Assembly (NCBI RefSeq): GCF_021869535.1 | Contig: NW_026262690.1 | Coordinates: 36,084,001-36,148,000 of the forward strand | DNA length: 64,000 nt | From: Mytilus californianus | Taxonomy: Eukaryota | Reading direction: 5' to 3' | In this document: positions 40,159 to 51,100 of the stretch, piece by piece | Layout: every line of letters begins with the position of its first letter | Numbering within the stretch: the stretch's first letter is position 1 | Position numbers and translations under genes: made by a program | The notes under the pieces: generated by a model | Database searches by the model: none | Seen by the model: the letters and a program-made list of their open reading frames with translations, nothing else | Told to the model about the DNA's origin: nothing

Positions 40159-41496
40159 TTTCATCTGCTTTGGTTTTTGATTACCTTGTTGCTTTCCTAA
40201 CGCTTTTTTCGTAGTTACGATATCAAATTAAAAATTAATACAAACTTAATAATATAAGATTAAACTCGTTATACCCTGGTAAATATATATGTTCTGTACT
40301 GTTTTAAGAACTAATGTTATTATTAATAATTAATTTAGCTTCTTTCTATTATTTTAAGTTGTTCCTGTAACAGTTCATGGTGATGTGTCTTCTGCTTGGG
40401 GAGACTGGAATACTTGGTCGGCATGTTCTGTGACTTGCGGCTATGGTTCCATAACAAAAACACGATACTGGTTTGACGAAGATGGTGTGAAGACGAACGA
40501 AACATTAGTCCAACATTCAAGCTGCTATCTTGATATAAAGTGTCCAGGTATACGTTTGTAGTTTTGCTACAAACTGTCCATTTACTCATCATTAAACATT
40601 TCTCCCCAATACTCAAAGGAGCAATTCTTTTGCTTGCAGATCACTTAGAAATAAAAAAAAAGATATTAGCAAAAGGTATTCCCGTTATTATCAAATGAGG
40701 GATTGGGTATACGTTTACGTGGTGGTAACGGCTGTTGCTTCTGTTACAAATGCATAGATGATATGATATTAACTTCTGTTTCTAATCTCTGGGTACATGG
40801 CAAATATAGCATTTTAGTGAGCTTCCAATATATATTTTTTTTTTTTGCTGCACCTGTTTTTAATTCTATTTTGATGTTGGAATATTCGTATTAAGCTCCA
40901 TAGTATAGCCAAACATACATTCTTTTTCTTTAAAGAATACAGACAGAAGTTAAAACACAAATACAGTGAAATGAATAGAGACATATACAAATATTAGGCT
41001 TACTTAATTGGTAAATAACAGTCTAGAACCCCTTTTGAAGAAGTGCAATTGTACTAAAAGAGGGACGAAAGATACCAGAGGGACAGTCAAACTCACAGAT
41101 CGAAAACAAACTGACAACGCCATGGCCAAAAATAAAAAAGACAAACAGACAAATAATAGTACAGATGACACAACATAGACAACTAAAGATATTCCGAAGT
41201 AAAGCTTGGAAATAGAGACGACTTCTTGTTATGTATGCGTAAAACGCTTACACAAGATGGCCGCGCCTCCTCCATTGATAACTTGAGATTCCGTGCTTAC
41301 CTTAAAACATCACAACAAATGACGTCACGGATGTCGTTCCTTCATGAGTATTGAAAATCACCTAATACGCTTCATATACTTGGCAAATAAAAATTATGCA
41401 AAAAAAAACATAAAAGATGCCGACTTGACCTTCTTTTTTTTAGAATATTCATTTATGTAATAGTAAGATTTTTCTATTTGTTTGTTACCTTTTTAG

Positions 41497-41667
41497 TTGA
41501 TGGAAACTGGACTATGTGGTCGCCAAATTCTGCATGTTCTAAGCAATGTGGACAAGGAATTAGGACTAGAACAAGATACTGTACCAATCCCAGACCACTT
41601 AATGGGGGCAATGATTGTATTGGCAGTGGTACAGATCAGACAAACTGCAAACTTGCTGACTGTCCAC
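41497..41667 (+). CDS. Thrombospondin type-1 repeat exon (phase 1-1)
   Basis: VDGNWTMWSPNSACSKQCGQGIRTRTRYCTNPRPLNGGNDCIGSGTDQTNCKLADCP: WxxW, CSxxCGxG, RxRxC, 6 Cys; tttttag acceptor, gtaatt donor, 171 nt. Confidence 0.93.
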
Positions 41668-42006
41668 GTAATTATATATTATAATCATAACATCAGCATA
41701 GATATGTCCAGTTTTGCATGTTTAATAAAACCGAAGACGAATGGCATTTTTCAAAACATCAGGGTAAAATATATTGTGCAAGTATCGTTACAAATGCGTA
41801 AAACTTAATGACCAATTTGTTTTATAGCTGTTTAGTACTATACATGATGACGTGTAGATATTCTGGAAGTTATACTTTCTCAAGCGTAAAACCGTGCGAA
41901 ATGATAGACTTGTGTTGTGATATATAAGTACATTGCATTTGTTTAGATGAAACTTCATGCAACAAGAATAATTTTAAAAGTACAGTATATTTTACTTTCA
42001 TTGTAG

Positions 42007-42171
42007 CTATACCACAAAATTTTGATATTGAAACCTGCAAGAAACCAGGGAAACTTTGGTGTACAAGTAAACGAATGTGTGTAGAAGTGTCTCAGCGGTG
42101 TGATCGAAAAGTTCAATGTCATGATGGAAGTGATGAACATCTGTGTTACAAATACGGAAATAGTGCTAGAG
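42007..42171 (+). CDS. LDL-receptor class A domain exon (phase 1-1), missed by the ORF track
   Basis: PIPQNFDIETCKKPGKLWCTSKRMCVEVSQRCDRKVQCHDGSDEHLCYKYGNSAR: 6 Cys and the acidic CxDGSDE motif; acceptor tttcattgtag, donor AG|GTATGT, 165 nt. Confidence 0.88.
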
Positions 42172-42540
42172 GTATGTATTACAGATACATAAATAGTGCT
42201 AAAGGTATATGTTACAGATACACAAATAGCGCTTAAGGTATGTGTTACAGATACATAAATATAGCTAAAGGTATGTGTTACAGATACACAAACAGGACTA
42301 AAGGTATGTGTTACAAATACGCAAATAGTGCTGAAGGTATGTGTTACAGATACGCAAATAGTGCTGAAGGTATGTGTTACAGATACGCAAATAGTGCTGA
42401 AGATATGTGTTACAGATACAGAAATATTGCTGAAAGTATATTACAGATACACAAATATTGCTAAAAAATGTTATTTAGATACACAAATAGGGCTAAAGGT
42501 ATGTGTTACAGATACACAAATAGTACTTGAGGTATGTGTT
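42142..42540 (+). repeat. 33-bp tandem array, about 12 units, starting inside the LDLa exon
   Basis: Consensus tgtgttacagatacacaaatagtgctaaaggta; unit 0 is the exon end plus donor. Confidence 0.92.
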
Positions 42541-45482
42541 TGATAAATGCCGCAGATGTATACTAGAGTCACAGACATGTGTTAAAGATATACATTTAGT
42601 ACTTTAAATCTTATTGGTTTACGAGAAAATGTAACAGATATGATCAGATATGCAAAGACTACTATAATAAGTAAATGTTACAAATAAGTTTAGCATACAT
42701 ATATAAAGTCCTGTAGGTATGACTTGTACATGTTAAAGAAACAAATTATGATATATTAAAGCGTTACTAATGGAAAAGTAGGATTACAAGAAGCCGACGG
42801 TAATATATCTACAATGAGGTATACTAGTAGTAGGACTGATGGGACTGGTTTTATTCAAGTCTAAAAACCGTGGCGCTGTGGCGGAGGGGGGCGATCCTTT
42901 GACGTCACCGGAAGTTCATACCAGATATTGCCCGATGACGCAGACGAGAAGTAATGTTATCTACTTATAAGGGGGCCACATCCTGTATGAGACATATACA
43001 TCATCTACCAAACAGGATTGAATAGCGTCATCCCCTAAATTGACGCCATGTCTAAGTAATAAAAAGTAAAACACATGACTCACATAGTTGGCATTTTCGG
43101 TACGTTAATTATACACATGTCTCCTTTTTTGGAAAATTAAAATTCAAAAAATTCAAAAAATTCAAAAATTCAAAAAGTTTAAAAACAAACATGCGCAGCA
43201 GCAGCAGCAACAACAACAGCAGCTGTTTAGGTTGCAACTGAACATCTTCACTTTTTCTGCATGTGTAAACAATCTCCTCTTATAGGTTTCTTGCGAAAAT
43301 GCAGCAAGCCGAACAGGTGATCATCCTTCGGGCGACATACTATGAGATTATTATTCCTCAAGACGAATGCGATTTGGTATATGCTGCTGCTGCACATGTT
43401 TGTTTTTTATATGTCTTCGAAGATCATATGGCCAAGCATAAACGCTTCAACATAGGTTGCAACTGAACATCATGGCATATAGAATAAGAACGAACAGACA
43501 AAATCACGGCCTACAGAATTAGGACGAACAGACAACAAATAACATACCTCTACATATAGAAGAATATAAGTTTGAGAAAAACAAACTCACCAAATATCAA
43601 GGTTTACATCATAGATTGTAATAATGATTAACAACCATTTTATAAATATGTCTAAAATAGGATTTTCCCATTAGACAAGAGTTTGTTTTTTGTATGCATA
43701 ACGTCCAGTAGCTAAAATTTCGTGCATATTCAGGTCGATAGATAAGAGAGAAGGTTTCCAAATAGGTTTTTACAGAAAATTAATATAATCTTCGGGTAGA
43801 TTTATCAAAAATGAAGTAGATGTCACTTTACGGTTTATTATGTTGCTGAATATTAACATTTACCCTTCATACCATTTAATCTATTGTGCTGTTAATGATC
43901 AATCATAATAAAGGCTTCACAATTCGTAGCAGATGTACATATTTTACATATTTGTGACATACATATTTGTAATCACTTTGTTTTCCTTATTTCTATTTGA
44001 TTGTGATTAACTTTGTATATTTTAAGGTATATATTTGTCTCTAACAAGTATGGCTGTATGGATAAGTTACAACGTGTTTATAAATCTTTCCTGAACTGCA
44101 GTAGTACAGAGTCTTAGAATGCCAATATTCCAGCCAAATAATTGCATAATTCCCGAAACCTGTACATTTTTCATGGAAATCAATTGTATTATGATTTTTT
44201 TTCAAACATGTATACTTGAAAGGGACTACGGATGAATTAAATATGATTTTTTTATACTGTTTGTTTGTCTGTTTCATTTGATATATCATTTAAGAATCCA
44301 ACGAAATTCAATTAAGACAGTTTATTGTAATTAAGTGTAAAACCAAATATTATATATATTATGTCATGTAATCATTGTAACAGTGTCAATTTTTATCGCA
44401 TAGTTGTTTTTGGGCTGTTGTGTGATGTTTCTGTAGTATTTTAATATTATTTTGTCATTCAGAAACTTAGGGATTGAAATTCAAGTTCCTACACCAAAAT
44501 TAGCAAACTAAGAATGCATTTGATTGTAAACTGCTGAATTATGTCCCCGTTTTTTAACCTTTCGGGAAAATATTTTTTCTGTCTGTTTGCCTTTTTATAA
44601 CAAAAACTTGTCCCCATGAAAATTGAAATCGCATACAGTTTATATAGTAATGCGTTGAAGCTTATAGACTTTAGTTGTCCACCTTCATTTTTGTTTAATC
44701 AACATGAACTTTCTTTACACTGCCATTAATTCATATTAGAAAGATTTGCCATATCCATTGCGTGACATATTTGCTTCATAAAATGCTTGCTTGCCAAAGT
44801 TTCATGCATATAGCAATCTATAATATCATAAGAAATTTCTCCGTTTTTTCTAAAACTTTTTAACTCAGATAGGCCAGGAAAGGTAGCAGTATGCTTTTAT
44901 ATCGAAACCTAACTTTTATTAAGACCACAAATAAAAGGATACAAACAAAAGGGCATTACGATTTTTTAAAGATAATGTATGTTAAATGTGAATGAAGACG
45001 ACGTACAGTTTTCGAGCACCCATAAGGAAGGTTCCGAAACATTTCTAGCTCTAAATCGCCTAGGCCTAGATATTTAAGTTAAAAATTACTTCAATACAGA
45101 CTAAAATAAGATCTGTCATCACACCAAGTACATGTTATGTGCAAGTAAACAGTCATAAATACGGAGACGTGTAGCAAATATCAAATGAATAGAAATTTTA
45201 TTAATATCCTTTTTTATTGTTAAAATAATTGGTTCGTCTTTTATTTAATTTAGCAGGTACAAAACGCAATGTTCATATACAGCATTCAATCCTTTAAAAT
45301 CTTGTAAAACAGATTTTTTTTTTTTTAAACTCGGTTATCAGTTTTCCTCTTTTCAAATGAGGTGTTTATTTACCTGATTCTTTGTATAACCGTATATGGC
45401 TTTTCCAGTTTGGCCTTGTATTGATGCTGATCTAAAAAGTACTAGTCGCGATTATTTTTTGGATTATGACATTTTTCTTTAA

Positions 45483-46161
45483 AGGGACATTAGATATGAA
45501 TATGATTATTTTTTTTCAATCATTAATAAAAGTGAAATAATGAAATAATAATTCGCTTTTAGCAGTCAATTTGGTTCAGTTTTGTCAAAAATAAGCAAAG
45601 AAACATCGCTGATGAATTACTCACTTGCAAGTGAATAATTCGACCTCATTGAATCCGTATTCATGTGACCTTCAATTTAACCCATTAGCTAGAGATTGGT
45701 TACGCATGTGTTAGTCGTGTTCAGCCATTAAAAGGAAAAGAATGTCAACATTGAAAGTGAAACAAAGGTGAACTATTTCGTTGACTGATTCGATCCACAA
45801 AAAATCATTCTTATACAGGTAAAAACGATGATTAGCTTATTTTTTAACCTATAACATGAAATCAAACAGACCTGGAAAAGTCCAATTGCACGAGGTCGCT
45901 ATCTATTTGTATTCATGTTTATGTTTATATCGGGTTATGTGACCGTCTGCAGTCTTTTCTTCGTAGAACATATCGATGGTTGATTAGATGGTGTCTAGAC
46001 TAAAATACACACGAAATGCTGATATATACTATCGAATACATGCATTGTTAACTGTTTATTTCAGACTTATTGTGATTTGGATATACGTTTTAGTATGTTA
46101 TAAATCAAATACGAGAATTTGAGTCAAATCGGTGAACTTGAATTTGACAGCTAATGCCCCT
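45483..46161. mobile_element. 679-bp Kolobok-type MITE
   Basis: TTAA|AGGGACATTAG..CTAATGCCCCT|TTAA: TTAA TSD with purine-purine termini. Confidence 0.85.
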
Positions 46162-48195
46162 TTAAATCATTTTCAATCTTCTCTTTCTTGTACAATGTTC
46201 AGGAGGAAACATACACATATACAATATTTAATTTATAGACCATTTTGAAGAGTTAATTGTTTTTGAGTTATGTATACATTGAATCTCTATTTCCTGGAAT
46301 CTCTATGTTGTCATTCCATATTGTTCTTATCATTTTAACTGAATGCTGTTTGAAAGTGTTGCATACGCTAGTTTTATATACTCCTTGAAGTTTATTATAT
46401 GTTTCTTTATTGAAGTGCATGATTTTATATTTGTTTGTATTACTATTTTGCTTCATAATTTGTACTCTTTATGTCATTTTTACTACTTATTTTTACTTGT
46501 TTGTATGATTTGTATTTTTATTCCCTTTGGTTTAGACAGCTGAAATATTGTCCTCCATCCGCACGTTGAGTTTATCTTGCAAAATTGAGCCATTCAAAAC
46601 AAATCTCTTCGAAAAGAATAAAATATGATCAAATATTGTAAACCTGTAAAGGGTCCAATATACCAATCCTTGATTACAGTATACAGTGTACAGATGGGAT
46701 CTGTTTGACCATTAGGATGTTCGTGACAGCCATCAGAAAAAAATCTTATAATGGTAAACAAAAATGGGGGAAAAAATCAAAATCCTCTAAAAGGTCAAAA
46801 ATTTGTACTTGGAAACTATATCCACGTTTCGGTTAATTGATTGTTATAAACTACATGCAAAATTTGTAATTGAGAAATTCCACTAAATGTATTATCCCAT
46901 TTGAAATTACATTGTATTATTACTAACTTCATCAACTATCAAATATAGTTTCATTTGTTACTAAAAATAAAATGTAAGATGTAAAATTAACATAGTTATA
47001 ACCAGATGTTGCTAATAGGTTATGTGTTTGTGTTTTTGACGGAAGTTACTTCCATTGCAATACATCACCCTTAGGCCTCTAGTCTATATGTTTGTGGCAT
47101 TACATTTTTATTGGACTTACATGATTGCAGGTATAATGTTTTGTGCAAGTAAAATAAAACAATTGCAGGTATAATGTTATGTGCAAGTAAAATAAAACAC
47201 AGTGCAAACTTAATCATTGTATCATTTTGTCATTTTAAAGATATGGACTATCGGAAATGGGTAACATGTGAATAAAACGTTGTTTTCATAATGGTTTATG
47301 TATATTAAGATATTTTATTATTCGTTCGATGGGGAACATGCTTTTCCGAAATAAATGACCAGCACTAGAAATGCTTGGAACATAATTTAATCATGTACCC
47401 AAGTTACTGCAGCTATTATGACTAGACTAGAATTGATAAAAATGCTTAAAAACACCCAAATAAAAACCCTTATACCTGAAAGGGATCTGGTTTGGATTGA
47501 AACTACAATTGTTCATAAAATGACAACCTCCTTTGGCTATCCACATAGTCGTAGGGTGTGTGCTCTGTTTCGGATTTTAATGTTTTCAACTACTTGATTG
47601 ATTTGGCCTTCCAACTGTTTTGATTCGAGCGCGACTGCATGATGAGCCTTTATGTAGATGAAATACGTGTCTGGTCTTCTTAAAAGTATACGCCTGATCT
47701 ATCGATCACATCGAGTGAGACTAGGAACTCAATGCTGTCGAACTTTAGCTCGCCCCCTTCTAATAACGAATTACATAAAAACGTCCCATATACTACCTGC
47801 TGGTCCTCGCAATATATCAGCAATTGAAAAACATCCATTACTTACATTTATAACACTACACTTACATGTACATATTCTTCATCTGAAATATACCTTATCG
47901 ATGTATATCTGCATTTGTTTCCTTTCTCCAGCATGACTTGAAAACATGCTTTTGTGAAATTGTTGCATAGACCGAGTGGTTAAGCGCGATGAACACAGTA
48001 TATATTGAGATGCCACGATGTCACAAAATTATGGATTCAAATCTTGATGAAGGAATGTCGAAATTTAAAATTTTGTTACCGCAAATTTAAAGATCTAACA
48101 TTCTTAGGCTAAATTTGAGATGGGTTGTATAAACTCCGAAAAAAATACTTGTAAACTCAAAAGCTTATATCTTTAATTCCAATAAATACACCCAA

Positions 48196-51100
48196 CTAAC
48201 ATACTTGTTTTGTCAGGATTTTGAAATGCGCTTGCGAAATATCCGACTTGACATGTTCAAACATAGGTTTCACTTCAGTTGCAGTTTTATCACACACGAT
48301 ATATACATTGGACATATATTTCTGCCAGTGGTTGACAACGTCGCCATGGTACATCTGCATAAATACACCTGAAATTGCAAAACTAAATAGTGAACCATGT
48401 TTGACAATTTTAATACTTTTCTAAATACAAAAAGAAATGAACCTCTTTCATCAATGTATAGATTGTGTTTAATTAAAAAATGAAACTCTTCAATATGACT
48501 GCCTATAAGGATTTGTCATAAGTCATGACAGTAATATATAACCATCATCAATAAATGAGGCTACCAAAAAGTAATACAAACCCTCAGCGCCTCAGTTTTC
48601 CAGAATTTTATCAAAGCTAATCTCAATCAACTTACCGTCTTTATAAGGTGCCACATCAAACGCGGCAGTTGTTGCTTGGCCCCAATTTATGCACCCATTT
48701 GTCGCATCGTACTGAAAAATAACAATTTTCCTTTTATTTTAACACAATTATATGCAAACTGTTTGGAGAAAATAAATTATTTATTAGTTGTAATTGGCTT
48801 TGAACTAGTTTTCAGAAACTGCGAATACTCTTAATCGGTACTTTGTTTTTGTCTTTATGTTCGTTGCTTTTATGCTTCCAATTTGTACTTTGTTTTTGTC
48901 TTTATGTTCGTTATTTTATACGCTTCCAATTTGATGATTTAAGGATGTACTTGGGTGAGGTTTAGGAATCGTTGTCAGATGTTCGGACTCCTTTATTTTT
49001 TCCCTACGATACAGGGTAAAATATTTTGCCTCATAACACCCATTTTTCTTTTCATATAAGACTTCAATAGTTCATAATAGGCAATTTACCAAAATTTTAG
49101 CAGATTCTAGATTTCTTTTCTTTCGATTTGAGACCCAAATAATACCAATGCAAATATAAGGTAAAAGTCCGAGTCAGCCTTTTCCCGCCATGTTTAAAAA
49201 ATTAAATATCTCGAAAAGTAGCTCCATAACCTTTTAATATTTTCAGCTTATTTTGTTCCTTAACTAATGCTCTTCTGACTTATAGTATCAATTTTAAATT
49301 CTAGATTTTTTAAATTTCACCTAAGTACATCCTAAAGCCATTTCCAAATTTCCAACTGATTTTACAGTTATAGTGTTGTGCTGTTATGCCACTGTTCTAT
49401 GGAGAAAAGGGGGCGTGTAAGCACTCACAAACAGTCAGAAGCCTTTAATTTAGTGGTTGTCATCGGTTGATGTCTGTCATATTTATTTTTCGTGTATTGT
49501 TTTGTCATAAATCAGGAAGTTGGTATTGTTTCACAATGTTGTCATGTCGATGCCTTATCGAGCCATATGATTCATTCATGTGTTGATATAGGTCTTACAG
49601 GTCTTACATGGTTAAATTAGACTTTAAATGAACATTTTATAGATCAATAAAAATTACGAAAGGAGGCCACAATTGTATCTTCCAAAGTTTTAGTAATTGC
49701 TTTAATCGCATTTTTGTTGTTGATAATTCTTATTTCATTTATGGCTAACATATTGGTTTGTCAACAGTGTAATAAATGAAAATGTTTCAGGCAGATGCGT
49801 AGGAATGATTAAGGTCAAGGTTCAAACTGAGCTGGCAGTTTAAAAACTATTTCATGACTGATGACTGACAGTAAGTGAAGACAATATAGGTCACACTCTC
49901 GTGTGTCCCTATGAGCTACAAGTATATATCTGTTAAAAGTTCTTTTCATTATGACTTGTAATGCGGTTATTTACGTATATGTAAGAGAATGATAATCTCT
50001 TTCTTCATGATTAAGTACGAGCGTTAGCGAGTACTTATCATGAAGTAAGGGATTATCATTCTCTTACAAACTTAGAATATTGTAAAGTGCTCAGGGCTCA
50101 AATGATCTCTTGATTGGTTTTATTCAAGAATGGAACTTTCCAACTAGTTCTTTTATTCCGAGTGCAGTCGAAAAGTTCCGGTAAATAGTAGCTAGTTGAA
50201 AAGTCCCAGAACAATGAAGCTAGTTGAATAGTTCTGGCGGAATAGAACAACTAGTTACATCGTTCCGAATATACCATATTTCGTCCTTTTTGTAGAAAGA
50301 GGGGGAAGAATGAGTATCAGTATATATAAGGGCAAATCATTAATTTACAAGAATACCCAACGCACTGAAAGGGGTTTCTTTGGGGACAAATATGCAAAAT
50401 TTAAGTTGTATTTCATAGCTCACATAAAACGGAATAAGTTGCATTATCATGCAAATATAGTATTCATAGTACCCTCAAGAGAGGGAAGAATACCCCCTCC
50501 TCCTGTGATTCTTTGCATCAATTCTCCAAATGGAACTTTGTGACTGGTTGATAAGTTCCGTTGGAACTTTTGGGCTAGTTTGTTAGTTCCGGTTTTGACT
50601 TATTTGCCAAAGAGGAACTTTGTGGCTAGTTGATAAGTTCCTTTTGACTTTTGTAATCAGTATCTTGGTTTCCCTTTGAAAGGTTCAAATATAATATGTT
50701 GCGCTTTGACTTTGCATCAATTCTCCAAATGGAACTTTCTGCCTGGTTGATAAGTTCCGTTGGAACTTTTGGGCTAGTTTGTTAGTTCCGGTTTTGACTA
50801 ATTTGGCAAAAAGGAACTTTCTGACTAGTTGATATGTTCCGTTGGAACTTTTCAACTAGTCACTTTGTTCCTGTGGAACTTTTAAACCAGAGGAAGAACA
50901 AAGTAACTAGTTAATAAGTTCCTTCGGAACTTTTCGGCTAGTTAGTTCTTTCCGCCCGGAACTTTCCAACGTCGGAACAAAAGAGCATTTACATTAGTTT
51001 CATTGTCAGTGTAAATTAAATGGTTTATAGTTGATGCATGACTTCATTTTTCAGCATTTCATTTATTGGCTAGTTTTAGTGATGTAAGGACTTTCTTATG

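Noticed and set aside
39805-40214. Three Cys/Tyr/Ile-rich ORFs
   Set aside because: All three frames of an 18-bp minisatellite.
40335-40640. Coding-looking minus-strand stretch
   Set aside because: Stops in all frames, no splice pair and no motif I can name; possibly an old fragment.
42779-42863. Possible last exon of the TSP1-LDLa gene (GLQEADGNISTMRY..*)
   Set aside because: Phase fits but the acceptor lacks a pyrimidine tract; unsupported.
44041-44165. Possible minus-strand terminal exon GFGNYAIIWLEYWHSKTLYYC..C*
   Set aside because: Phase 1 does not fit the MRH gene's possible phase-0 donor, the acceptor is weak and there is no recognisable motif.
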